A stretch of 64,000 bases of DNA from Eledone cirrhosa (lineage: Eukaryota), in contig OZ024742.1 in the NCBI GenBank assembly GCA_964016885.1, positions 334,924,001 through 334,988,000 of the forward strand, in the 5' to 3' direction. The position numbers were made by a program, and so were the translations under genes. How positions within the stretch are numbered: position 1 is the stretch's first letter; each line of letters opens with the position of its first letter. The notes beneath the pieces are model-generated. The model did not search any database. It was not told the DNA's origin and saw nothing but the letters and a program-made list of their open reading frames with translations. Positions 40,804 to 53,615 of the stretch are shown here, one piece after another.

Positions 40804-41076
40804 TTTTCTTATTACTGCTGCCATTGTTGATGGTTTTATTAGTGGTGGCGTTGTTGACGGTGTTGTTGACGGCGTTGTTGACGTCGTTGTTGACGTCGTT
40901 GTTGTTATTTATATTATTCTTGATATATTTATGCTCACCGCATTGTCCTTAGCGCCGGATAATAAGGGACGTGTTCAGACCTTAGGGTAGAGGGGCAGTA
41001 CAAATAATATATTGCAGTTTCTATTTCATGCCGTAAAACTGGCGATGGACCTACAACCTCTTCTGGGAGGTGTGGG

Positions 41077-41330
41077 ATGGACAGACAAAGATTACGTATC
41101 CCGAGACCCCAAAGACGGTTTAGAATGAAGCAATCCTTGACAATTAGTGCCTGGAAAACCACAACCCTTGCAGGTAAGGAGCAGGAACTAGTGGAGGAGG
41201 CTAGATACTACTGGTTAGATATAGTCGGGGTTTCCTCAACGATGTTCCGTGACTCTGGTACTGTAGATTTGGATGGAGGATTGAAACTCCACTATTTAGG
41301 GGTGGCACCAGAAATGGTTCCACAAGCATT
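41077..41330 (+). pseudogene. RTE (Expander/Rex3-like) APE endonuclease N-terminal fragment
   Basis: LTISAWKTTTLAGKEQELVEEARYYWLDIVGVSST..SGT..LDGG.KLHY.GV resembles the RTE APE start (WNVxSLxGKExEL...LDIVGLxST). Confidence 0.75.
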
Positions 41331-41431
41331 TCACCAGCAGGAACAGTCATCATGGGTATCGACGGCGGTCCGACGCACTCATGCCCACACACCACCACCA
41401 CCATAATCACAATAACACACATACACACATA

Positions 41432-41514
<83 letters not shown>

Positions 41515-41854
41515 TAAAAGATTGGCGTTGTATGGAAGCTGCATTGTTCAACTGGTCAAGAACTTTAAGAGTCTACAATTTAACCTTAGCTGTAGATTTG
41601 ATTCAGTACTGCCACCCAGTCAATGACACACATAACAAACCCACCTGTCAACCTTACTGTAAACCTGATTCCCACAAAATCCCCTAAAGTACAGAAGTAA
41701 AAGAACAGCATCAATAACGCCATTAAGTATATCTAAGACAAATATACAATAATTACACACACGCACACCACCGCCATCCCCCACCATATGGCTACATATA
41801 TAATATACATGCATATAAATATATATCTATATATATATATATGTATATATATAT

Positions 41855-41925
<71 letters not shown>

Positions 41926-41928
<3 letters not shown>

Positions 41929-42581
41929 CAAACCGCCAGAGATTCGATTTGACTAAATTCCCAATTATATTATTCTCCTAGATTTAATAATTAACTAATT
42001 AATTTAATTAGACAATTCTGTTAATTGGTTAATTATTTGTGTTTGTTTTATAACATCTAGTCGAGAGCTTATCATGATGATTAGCGGAAATTAAAATATT
42101 TCCTTTGTCTAACATTTTGAATGACCCGCCAAAAACCGGGGGTTATTTCCTTTGCTGGAATTAACACGTGACAGCTATAGATACGATACGCTGCATCTAG
42201 CGGCAACATTTAGCCCATCACCCCGTCCTGGGTAGAACGAAAACCTGTTGAAGAACTGAATCCTCTGTTCGATCATGGATACCACGAGCTTGCCAGTCAC
42301 GTAAGTCTGATATTTGATTTCGGATTTAAAGAAACACTTTAAACGTATAATCGTTTGATTTGTCCAGGTGTCTGTTTCTCAACCTGTTAGTTCTATCGTT
42401 ACTTTGGTATATTATTGTGTGTTAGATTTTGCCTACTACAATGTAAGATTTGTCAAGCTATTTAAACGTATGTTATTACTCTAAAGACCTACCTTATCGA
42501 GTGCTTTGCTAACTCATCATTTCATATAAGTAGGCCGAATTTGCTTGCAAACCGCCAGAGATTCGATTTTACTAAATTTCC

Positions 42582-42586
<5 letters not shown>
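41926..42586. mobile_element. Family D non-coding element with ~42-bp direct terminal repeats, embedded in (TA)n
   Basis: TTGCAAACCGCCAGAGATTCGATTT(G/T)ACTAAATT(C/T)CCAATTAT at 41926 and 42545 (period 619 bp). Confidence 0.8.
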
Positions 42587-42653
<67 letters not shown>

Positions 42654-42692
42654 ATTTATATATATATAAGTGCTTACACAAGAGTTAGTTCA

Positions 42693-42742
42693 CCATACCG
42701 AGAACAATTGTTTCACCTTAGCGGATCTTCAGCTCGGAATGG
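42693..42742 (-). ncRNA. Minimal type I hammerhead ribozyme
   Basis: ccat-t-ccgag-CTGAAGA-t-cc-gctaa-gg-t-GAAA-caattg-TT-ctcgg-t-atgg; palindromic stem/loop III CAATTG, GUU cleavage site. Confidence 0.75.
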
Positions 42743-42936
42743 GCATGGTTATAGGAACAGGAAGGATATATATATAATTGATTTTACTTTTGGCACAAGG
42801 CCAGCACCAATGTAGTATTATATATTATATTATATTATATTATATTATATTATATTATATTATATTATATTATATTATATTATATTATATTATATTATAT
42901 TATATTATATTATATTATATTATATTATATTATATA

Positions 42937-43128
42937 GGGCGGTGGATTGGCAGTATTGGTAGAAGGTCGGACACCATCCTTTGACGCATAGAGTTACGAC
43001 TCTTGCCATTCTGAGTTCAAATCCCGCCAAGGTTAACTTTGCCTTTCATCCTTACGGGGTCGATAAAATAAAGTACCAGTAATGTACTGGATAATTGCTG
43101 GCCTTGTGCCAAAAGTAGAAACAATTAT
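42937..43128 (+). mobile_element. Deu/Nin-like SINE flanked by (TATTA)n
   Basis: Full head, core and tail; (TATTA)n at 42817-42935 and after 43125. Confidence 0.9.
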
Positions 43129-43547
43129 ATTATATTATATTATATTATATATATATATATATATATATATTATATTGTATTATATATATATATATATTCA
43201 CAAATACTTACCTACATGTACATACCTACCGATGTACACATGCATATATACATACAGACATATACCTATATATACACCTACTTCCCCATGTATATATACA
43301 TACATGCATCGATTTCAAACACAAAGGGTTATATACCAACATGTTTAAAGAAGTGATGTGATATAACAGAGCAGCTGTTACTGTCATTCCATTGGTCATG
43401 GAATATCATATTAATCAATTATATTCATAGTAGCAACAAATAAATGAAAAAATGATATCTTAATTATTAATACATTTCTTGCACGATATCATATTACACA
43501 CACACACACATACAGATAGATAGATATGTGTGTGTGTGTATTTATGC

Positions 43548-43605
<58 letters not shown>

Positions 43606-43656
43606 ATATACAGATAGGTAGATATGTGTGTGTGTGTGTGTGTATTTATGCGTGTG

Positions 43657-43698
<42 letters not shown>

Positions 43699-43819
43699 CA
43701 CACATACAAGTAGATATGTATCCATATATACGTATATGTATATATATATATATAGGTTCAGCAAAGTGAGCAGTCGCTGCGTAGTTTCCATTTCAGTCGG
43801 TATAGAGCTGTAGAACTAA

Positions 43820-43858
<39 letters not shown>

Positions 43859-43883
43859 GTTGGTTTGGTTATTCCGGATAATG

Positions 43884-44225
43884 TAAAATAAAATAAAATA
43901 AATAAGTCAAATGTTTAAAATTTGGCTTCGTTTATTACTGCTATATATATATATTTCGGTGACAGCCATCTTTGGCTGTGACTTCTTCAAGTAGTCCGAA
44001 TTAGTTCCTCAGTGAAATAACAACCCAACCAGGAACTGGGCATATCAGAGTATGGACATAGTTACAGACCTCATCAACATGTGTACCCGTCTCTACCACA
44101 CTAATTCGTACTGCCCGAAGAGGTCACAGCCAAAGATGGCTGTCACCGAAATATATATAGCAGTAATAAACCAAGCCAAATTTTAAACATTTGACTTATT
44201 TATTTTATTTTATTTTATTTTATTT

Positions 44226-44227
<2 letters not shown>
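43884..44227. mobile_element. Inverted-repeat element, each arm carrying a hammerhead (family G)
   Basis: Arms 43884-44005 and 44100-44227 are reverse complements; flanked by (TA)n. Confidence 0.88.
44109..44165 (+). ncRNA. Type I hammerhead, U4C variant; mirror copy at 43936-43995 on the minus strand (C3U)
   Basis: tactgc-CCGAAGA-ggt-c-acagcca-aaga-tggctgt-c-acc-GAAA-tatata-TA-gcagta. Confidence 0.7.
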
Positions 44228-44306
<79 letters not shown>

Positions 44307-44414
44307 TAGAATTAGAATTTAGCTTCAGGCATAGTTGTATACAGATAAGTATTGGAATACCGCAGCTAAGCCAGAACAACAACACCTAATGTCTACTGAT
44401 GGTATCCAGGTGAA

Positions 44415-44486
44415 GCAAGAGGAACAATCGTCGATGCGCATTTCGAACTGAACTGGTCCTCATCAGGACGACCCTCCCACTCTTGC
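44415..44486 (-). ncRNA. Type I hammerhead ribozyme with intact core and extended stem I
   Basis: gcaagag-tgggagg-gtcgtc-CTGATGA-ggac-cagttca-gttc-GAAA-tgcgca-TC-gacgat-tgttc-ctcttgc; AUC cleavage site, palindromic TGCGCA. Confidence 0.88.
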
Positions 44487-45159
44487 AATATATATACTTT
44501 TAGACTTTCCGACCCTTGAACCAATGGCACAGCCAGGGTGTGACAGTTGGAAGTAGTGAGGACTATATCAGCACCTCGATGGTACTTTCTTTATCGACCC
44601 TGAAATGATGTAAGGCAAAGTGATCACGTCTCAATAGAGATTTTTGAACAAGTTATTCGACACACGATCGTGTCCGAAAATTTAAATATATGTATATAAT
44701 TTAATATATAGGGTCGTTATATTTTTACACACACACACACACACACAGACACACACACACATATATATACAGTGAAAGATTGAAGAATAACATGGTCGGC
44801 TGTACAAAAAGGTTTTATCTCTAGTATTAACAATTGTTTCATTGATCAGGTGAGTCTAAAGGCCGTTAAAACCTGCATAGTAATTCTCGCGAACTCGCTA
44901 CCTAACGATGGAAACCTCTTGTTGACTCAGACAACGCCTGGCTTTAAAACTATCCACAATACAGAGTACTCATAACTTCTAACTGAATTACCTATAATGG
45001 CAATTTGTTATTCCATATATTTATATGCCCGAGAGACTCACATATGAAATGTATTGTATTTGCGAGCGTGCGCTTATGTGTATTTTTACATATGTGTATA
45101 TATACACATTCATATACACACATATAAGTTCAATCGCATACACACACACACACACTCAC

Positions 45160-45193
<34 letters not shown>

Positions 45194-45232
45194 ATATAAA
45201 TATATATATACATATATAGGTATATAAATAGG

Positions 45233-45564
<332 letters not shown>

Positions 45565-45691
45565 AAAGTTCTATTTAAATTGTTGGGATACAACAAGCAA
45601 ATATTTTTATAACTGATATAAAGCACTCAACAAATAATTGGAGTAAAATTACGATATTAACAAATGGAAACTATATTTATAAAACCTTATT

Positions 45692-45756
45692 TATTTCATT
45701 ATACATATTTCAAGGACACGAAGTTAAATTATGGTGTGCTTTCGTCAGACAAAATA
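45692..45756 (-). ncRNA. Type I hammerhead ribozyme, family C
   Basis: tattttgt-CTGACGA-aagcacac...gtgtcctt-GAAA-tatgta-TA-atgaaata. Confidence 0.82.
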
Positions 45757-45830
45757 TAATATAGAGCAGTTTTATAAATAAATATTGACATACCCTTAAA
45801 GAATGCAACCAACAGTAATGGTCTATATTA

Positions 45831-45895
45831 TATTTTGTCTGACGAAAGCACACCATAATTTAACTTGGTGTCCTTGAAATATGTATAATGAAATA
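45831..45895 (+). ncRNA. Type I hammerhead ribozyme, family C
   Basis: Stem I tattttgt/atgaaata, CTGACGA at 45839-45845, stem II aag-c-acacca/tggtgt-c-ctt, GAAA at 45876-45879, AUA cleavage site. Confidence 0.85.
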
Positions 45896-45961
45896 AATAT
45901 GGTTTTATAAATATAGTTTCCATTTATTAATATCGTATATATATATATATATATATATATA

Positions 45962-46115
45962 TAGGAAAATTATAATTTACTCCAGAAATAGCCGTCGAAA
46001 CGGCTTGAGCTCTGCCGTCGGGGTCATACCTTTTCCTATTTCTCCCTCTACTACCCTAAGTATTGAGTACTCTGGTGCGTTATAGTCCATCTGGTTCCTT
46101 ACCACAATTCCTTTG

Positions 46116-46117
<2 letters not shown>
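45962..46117 (+). mobile_element. Family B copy in (TA)n
   Basis: ATAGCCGTC-GAAA-CGGC-ttgagctct-GCCG-TC-GGGG plus the shared tail. Confidence 0.8.
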
Positions 46118-46157
<40 letters not shown>

Positions 46158-46197
46158 GATATTAAACAAATGGAAATTACATTTATAAAACCATATT

Positions 46198-46262
46198 TAT
46201 TTCATTATATATATTTCAGGGATATCATATTAAAATATGGTATGCCCTCTTCAGACAAAATA
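46198..46262 (-). ncRNA. Type I hammerhead ribozyme, family C variant
   Basis: tattttgt-CTGAAGA-ggg-c-ata-c-catatt/aatatg-a-tat-c-cct-GAAA-tatata-TA-atgaaata; stem II covaries relative to 45831. Confidence 0.85.
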
Positions 46263-47629
46263 CAATATATAGACAGTTTTATAAATAAATTTGACATACC
46301 TTAGAATTTACAACTTCCATTTAAAAAGTTGTTACGGTAGTGAAAATGTTAAGGACGGTTAGAAAAAAAGACGGAGAAAAAAGGAAAAAAGGAAAAAGAA
46401 AAAGAAGGAGAAAAGAAAAAGAAAGAGCGGAAGGTGAAGAAGATGAAGAAATGTATGTAAAGAGAAAACCACCAAATGAGAGATCTATGAGGGAAGGGGT
46501 ACTGTAAATTATTCATTTGTTTATTTATTTATTTAGTGTTAAGGATACGGGGAGAAATAAAAACAAAAATAAATAAGGAGAGGTAGATCGAGTAATATCT
46601 ATTATACGAGGTGGGAGAGATAGGGGAGGGGTGATATACAGGAGATAGAGTTAAAACAGCCGATATAAGAGTAGAGGGAGTAGGAGAGGAGATATACTTA
46701 GAAACAAAAATGATAGTTTTAAAATATTATGTTTCATCAGTCTATCAATTCATATGAATTATAATGTAAACATCAATATTCATGAATGAGACACATATCA
46801 ATAATGTGTGAAAAAATAGTGACTATATGTTTAGTTTAAAAATTCATAGGTTTATAATCAAAATCTGAGATAAAACCTCAAAAAATACTGGAATACATAA
46901 GTATATATGTATTTTCATGAAAAAAGAGAAAAGAGAAAGAAAAAGAGAAGGTTATCTCAAACTGACATTATAGACACATGTGAGTTTACATGATCAGCTC
47001 TGTAAATTTTTATTTCACATGGAAATCTTCATTGCGTCAAAAAAAATTTTCCATACACATAAGTGTACATACATATATATATACATAAAATATACATTAT
47101 TAATAATAATAATATTCTTGCCCTTTCTTACATGATTATCGTACAAGCATAGAATAGAACAGATATCAATATATTAAAATATTAAAAACGCCAAGAATAC
47201 TTTCCTCCCCAGAATATCTAGGGCCGTAATAAAAACACAGTGTGCCCAGCATATCAATCAATCCCTCCAATTTATTTGACAATATTGCCAAGTTTATTAG
47301 AAGCAATCAGAGTCAAAAGCAAACAAAACCAAAATTATTCACCAAACTTATTTAGCAGAAATCATTCAAAAAAAAAACAAAAAAAAAAACTTTAGGATAC
47401 TCGGTTGTTCAACAGATGCTCTTATATTTATTCTAGAAGTTTATCTAGCTTAAACATTTTATTCAATAGATTTGGATCATCATCGTTTTAAGGTAGTTTA
47501 ATTACATTATTAATTATATATTCATGAAGAAGGTTTAAAGAGTTGAAGGAATCGAAAGATTTATCGCCAAGTTTTCTAAAATAATTAAAAGTCTTGAGTA
47601 AATATATTACATTTTAAACTTATATTTAT

Positions 47630-47926
47630 ATTTAAAAGTTGAGTCAATCTATGTCTGCAGCAACTGAATAAATTGGTCCGTAAATTAAGGGAATTTTTAG
47701 ATTTTAGTATAAAGAATATCTCCTCTGCGCAGAGGTCACATGTCTCAAAGGAGGAGTTAAAAGGAATCCCTCTTGAGACTATATTCTAAACCGTCGAATA
47801 TCCAACGTTATCATGTTTAAGTTGCCAGAGTAAGCCTGATAGTGATGTTGAAGATTTTTTGTTTGGATCTGTGAAAGAATTCTTGTGATTATTATAGCGA
47901 AGTTTAAATTCTGTCGAGGTGGAACC

Positions 47927-47932
<6 letters not shown>
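47630..47932 (-). pseudogene. C-terminal half of a PLE GIY-YIG endonuclease
   Basis: Manual translation: (Y)[94 protein letters not shown]. It shows the YIG-like motif, FKxRYxNH, CxLCxxE, LNxR and CRH, with one stop. Confidence 0.85.
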
Positions 47933-47982
<50 letters not shown>

Positions 47983-47995
47983 ATATATATATATA

Positions 47996-48042
<47 letters not shown>

Positions 48043-48215
48043 ATTTATATACATACAATTGAAAGAACTATTTCGGCCGCCGACCTCTGCTTGACCGACC
48101 CCATTTCACGCGCACGCGCGCTCTGCTGAATACCTCAGATATTCAAAACAACGAACAGCGGAGGACACGTTTCGCACCTTTCCGACTGACAACCTCCCCC
48201 ACTCCCCGGAAAAAA

Positions 48216-48251
48216 CCCCAGTTGATGGATGTGAATCCGAAATATATAGGG
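48216..48251 (+). ncRNA. Degenerate minimal hammerhead
   Basis: ccc-CAGTTGA-t-gga-tgtgaa-tcc-GAAA-tata-TA-ggg; two core mismatches; inside a (TA)n-flanked insert at 48040-48466. Confidence 0.4.
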
Positions 48252-48462
48252 ACAATTAAATCTCTCCCAAGGTAACTCTATCTCGTGTTATTATTTTTAT
48301 TTTTATCCTTTACGCTCTTTCCTACATTCTTCTACACATCTTCTACACGCCACGCATCTCAACGTACACCCACTTACATCTCTCTGTCCACCACCGGATC
48401 TTGTTACCCGGAGATTTATCCATCTGCATTGTCGAGGCTTCCAAACGACTTAAAGAAATTTA

Positions 48463-48524
<62 letters not shown>

Positions 48525-48529
<5 letters not shown>

Positions 48530-49240
48530 TATAAGCAGAACAAGCAAAATTCAACCAATCTTTTAAAATAAATTAAAAAATATAATTTAAATATTTACCT
48601 ATTCATATGGCTCTTACCGATGTAAAACACCAGAGACCCAATGGATTTCTAATGGAAAATCAAGGCTCATCAGAGAAGCATTTTCCCTTCCTAGGGCTAA
48701 AGACCCAGGAACGATAAAATATATTGTTATCTGCCAGCTAGCACAGATCCAAAAGGCCGAAAAATGACCTGTACGTGAACTACCCGAGGTGAAAGCGGGA
48801 AAAACATAGACGTGTTGTCTATCTCGTTACTAAAAATAACAGCTAAATAGAAACAACATGATTGTTCTCAACAAATGGAGGGTGATAGAAGAAGTTAGTA
48901 AGCCCGTGGGTACTAAGTACCCCTGGAAATACATAGGTTGTCTATGATTTAAGGTTGTTCTATGGTATCAATTTGACATACCAGAACTATAATATTAATA
49001 TAAGCAGAACAAGCAAAATTCAACCAATCTTTTAAAATAAATTAAAAAATATAATTTAAATAGGTAAATATTTAAATTATATTTTTTTATTTATTTTAAA
49101 AGATTGGTTGAATTTTGCTTGTTCTGCTTATATTAATATTATAGTTCTGGTATGTCAAATTGATACCATAGAACAACCTTAAATCATAGACAACCTATGT
49201 ATTTCCAGGGGTACTTAGTGCCCACGGGCTTACTAACTTC

Positions 49241-49245
<5 letters not shown>
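48525..49245. mobile_element. Family E (TA)n-embedded element with direct repeat plus a ~180-bp-arm inverted repeat
   Basis: ATTAATATAAGCAGAACAAGC... at 48525 and 48994 (469 bp apart); 48886-49061 is mirrored by 49062-49245. Confidence 0.88.
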
Positions 49246-49311
<66 letters not shown>

Positions 49312-49342
49312 TAAATGGAAACTATATTTATAAAACCATATT

Positions 49343-49408
49343 TATTTTATTATACATATTTCAAGGGCAACCAACGCAAATTATGGTGGGCTTTCATCAG
49401 ATAAAATA
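49343..49408 (-). ncRNA. Type I hammerhead ribozyme, family C
   Basis: tattttat-CTGATGA-aag...ctt-GAAA-tatgta-TA-ataaaata with a perfect 8-bp stem I. Confidence 0.85.
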
Positions 49409-49608
49409 CAGATTTATTTTACAAATAAATATTGACATACCCGGAAAAAAGACAACCTTAACGGTTGGAGCTTCCTGGATAGTGGAAATAGTACATGTAT
49501 TGAGAGTGATACAAAGTTAGGAGTGAGTATGCAAATGAGTGTCCGATTTTATATCAGTTATAAAAAATGTTTCAGCTTGTTGAATCCCAACAAATTAAAT
49601 ATAACCTC

Positions 49609-49670
<62 letters not shown>

Positions 49671-49683
49671 TTTTAATATAGAT

Positions 49684-49732
49684 GAGATTCTACAGGATTA
49701 GAACTGTTTCATTCTTTAGAAATCATCAGGAA

Positions 49733-49736
<4 letters not shown>
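49684..49736 (-). ncRNA. Type I hammerhead ribozyme, stand-alone in microsatellite
   Basis: gagattc-CTGATGA-t-ttc-taaa-gaa-t-GAAA-cag-ttctaatc-ctg-TA-gaatctc; 7-bp stem I, 3-bp stem III, GUA cleavage site. Confidence 0.85.
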
Positions 49737-49768
<32 letters not shown>

Positions 49769-50404
49769 CCTATTTATATACATACATATATATATATATA
49801 TATATGCATATGATGTGTATATGATGTTGCATGTGTGCATGTATATATGTGATTCTATATATATATATATATAAGAATATATATTCATATATATATACAT
49901 ACATACACACATATATAGAGAGAGATACACAGATACATATATATATAGATATACAATCACATATATATATTCACACATACAACATCATATACACACACAT
50001 ATATATTATCCGGTATTATTTCGATATATATTTCTCTTCTTCCCTCTTTATACCAAATCTAATACAGTTCACTCCCCCTATCCATCTATCCACCCTATTT
50101 GTAAGCTTCCCCATCTCTTTTCTGACTCATATTCCTATTAGTGTACTCTCAAATCTTACATTCAAGTCCCACAAGAAACAACATAATATATGATCGTCAA
50201 CCTTTTTTCGTCCTCAACCTATACTGTTTATCTATGTCCATTTTTACATTTATTACGTACAAGTAAATATATTCTGTGAGTAACTCTTTCTTAACGCAGA
50301 TTTATGTGTATATGTATATACAAATATATATATAATGCATCTATCTATCTATAAACTCATATATCTATATATCTATCCATCTATCTTTATATCTATAGCC
50401 TTTA

Positions 50405-50501
<97 letters not shown>

Positions 50502-50502
<1 letters not shown>

Positions 50503-50699
50503 ACCAAGGAATTGTGGTAAGGAACCAGATGGACCATAACGCACCAGAGTACTCAATAGTTAGGGTAGTAGAGTGGGAAATAGGAACAAGTAAGACCCCG
50601 ACGGCAGAGCTCAAGCCGTTTCGACGGCTATATCTGGACTGTCCAGAAATAGCCATCGAAATGGCTTGAGCTCTGCCGTCGGGGTCATACTTTTTCCTA
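50502..50699. mobile_element. Family B fold-back in (TA)n
   Basis: GACCCCGACGGCAGAGCTCAAGCCGTTTCGACGGCTATATCTGGAC-T-GTCCAGAAATAGCCATCGAAATGGCTTGAGCTCTGCCGTCGGGGTC. Confidence 0.88.
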
Positions 50700-50773
50700 T
50701 ATATATATATTTATTAAAATAACAGATTATCGAGCCCTCTTTGGATTTTAGTCTTCAAATTTATTATTTTTAC

Positions 50774-50806
<33 letters not shown>

Positions 50807-51497
50807 ATTCATCTATCTATCTATATATATATATATATATCCATCTATCTTTATATCTACAGCTTTATTCATCTTTATATATATATATTTATCTCTATAT
50901 CGTTATATCTACTTATACCCATATCTATATCTATATATATATATATTTATCCATCTATCTTTATATCTACAGCTTTATTCATCTTTATATATATATATTT
51001 ATCTCTATATCGTTATATCTACTTATACCCATATCTATATCTATATACATTAACTATATCTATAGCCATTTATATATCTATATCTTTATATCTCTATATA
51101 TATATCTTCTATCGAGATATCTTCACTTACTGTTTGACTTGTTTACGTATGTTTGTACATAAAACACATCATATATATGTGGATGCGTGTATCTATGTAT
51201 ATATAAATCATATATACACAACCACTCAGAGACATACATACGTATATATACATGTGTCTCTAATCAGGTGTTCAGATGTAAAATGTAATATTATTATCAT
51301 GGGATACTCACAAAGTGATACATTTCAAATATAGCAATTTATACACATTTCAAATACATCTTACTTCTCCGTATAAAACTTACACCATACCTATCCAACC
51401 CTTGCTACGCCCCCTATCTCTCTCTCTCTCTCTCCCTCACCCTCTCTCTATCTCGCTTTCTCTATCTCTATCTATCTATCTCTCTCTCTCTCTTTAT

Positions 51498-51637
<140 letters not shown>

Positions 51638-51826
51638 TCGTATGTATGTATATATATTGAATTAAAAATTATAGAATTTAACACACACAATTACACATAC
51701 ATACGCATACAGGGACATACACGCATACATACATACATACATACATACATACATACATACATACATACATACGTACACGCATACATACATACATACATAC
51801 GTACACGCATATATACATACATACAT

Positions 51827-53416
51827 AGATACAGGACTGCTACAGATACCTGGGGATAGATGAGAACATATCCTATAATGGTGTATGTAATAAGGAACGC
51901 GTAACCAGGGAATACTACACCCGATTAAGAAAGATCTGGTCATCGGAACTCTCTGCGCAAAACAAAACAGTGGCTTACAATGTGTTTGCTGTGCCTGTCG
52001 TAACACCAACGTTTGGAATACTCAATTGGACGATAGACGAAATCCGAGCAGTTGATGTTGGAACTCGAAAAATACTGAACAACACCGGAAACTTCCACAT
52101 CAACAGTGACATAGACCGCCTCTACTTGAAACGTAAGCAGGGAGGCAGAGGCCTAACATCAGTCCAGACAACATTTGAATGTCGCATCATATCTCTCCGA
52201 CAACATCTACGAACCTCGAAGCGTAGGAGAGCGTTTCTCGAGCAAGTCTATCTGCATGAAACAGATAAGATCATGAGAGTTGGGAAGGAACTCCTTGAGA
52301 GATATTCCCTGTATGATAATCAAAAACTCACACCCAGGGAAGTCGCTCAGCAGTATCGCAGTGAATCCATGGATGAAAAACTACAAACTTAGCAAAAAAT
52401 CATGCATGGATATGTTGCCAGGAAGCTCCAGAATGAGAGTAATATAGATAAGGAAAGTAGTCTATCTTGGACCAACAACTGCTATATTGGCTCCCACTTT
52501 GAAGGATATGCTTTTGCAATCCAAGAACAGGAGATTAACACGAAATACCTGATTCACAAAAGAGATATGGATGCAGGCGAAACACCTAGATGTGATAACA
52601 AATGCAAACTTTGCAGAACTAACATCGAGGATATCACCCATGTCATCAGCAGCTGTCCAAAGATGTCATCGCTGTACTATCTACCTATGAGGCATGATGT
52701 AGTGGCCTAAACACTGTACAATGCAGTTCGTAAAAAAGATAACCCCGATAATAAACACATTAAAAGTTACAGAAATGTGGAAGACATCCATGTACATAAT
52801 ATGAAAGAGTACTGGTGGAATGTTCCAGTAAAAACCCCAAGAAAATGCAGGCATAACAGGCCAGATATTATGATATAGGACAGGGAGAAGAAAGCATGGA
52901 CAGTAGTGGAAATTAGCTGCCCAGCAGGTGCCAATATAATATCAAAGATTAGTGAAAAGGAGAATATTTATGCAGAACTGATGAGAAATCTGCAGATACT
53001 CCACCCTGATTACACCTCAGATTTATGCCTGTGATTATTGGGGCACTGGGATATGTTAGTAACTGCCTCAATACAAATCTTGAGAAGCTAGGCTTCACAG
53101 GAACAGAAAGAACTAGTTAGGAAACTACAAGTACAATCCATTAATGGAACAGTAAACATATGTAAAACATTCCAAAAAATGTGCATCTAATAACTGCATA
53201 TACACATGTACAGATGCAAAGCATATACACATGCACACATGCAACTCAAAACACACATCCACACATACAATAACATCCATATCTACACATGCATGCATAC
53301 ATACATATCTACCTAGTTGATGCTGTGTAAATTCCAATGAGAGAGTCTTGTGTCTATGTTAGAAACCGACTCTCTCTCTATTGGTAAAACTTTGTGCAAT
53401 TATAAAACCAGAAGAA
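51827..53416 (+). mobile_element. 5'-truncated R4/Dong-clade (RLE) non-LTR retrotransposon in (CATA)n
   Basis: YRYLG, RLYLKRKQGGRGL, MHG, AIQEQEINTKY, CCHC finger CKLC...HVISSC, RHD, and the PD-(D/E)xK endonuclease RPDI..D...EISCP, with stops. 3' UTR hairpin at 53333-53384. Confidence 0.88.
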
Positions 53417-53615
53417 CATACATACGCATTTACATAATTCATTTATGACTATATTTTGCTTACAAAAATAATTTTGAGATAGAGCGTCCGTGATGTTTGC
53501 ATTTTTTGGGGGATAGTTCGCGAAACTGTAGCCGGGACTTTGAAGAAAAAAAAGGTTTATTTTTATCTATTATTTCCCCGCATTTATAAGTTTATATATA
53601 TATATATATATATAT

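Larger units (their letters stand above)
46157..47932 (-). mobile_element. 5'-truncated Penelope-like element (Naiad-like): GIY-YIG remnant, 3' region and hammerhead pseudo-LTR, bounded by (TA)n
   Basis: The endonuclease remnant and the family C hammerhead lie on the same strand between two (TA)n tracts. Confidence 0.78.

Noticed and set aside
48630-48680. CTGATGAG...GAAA on the minus strand as a hammerhead
   Set aside because: Stems I and II do not pair convincingly.
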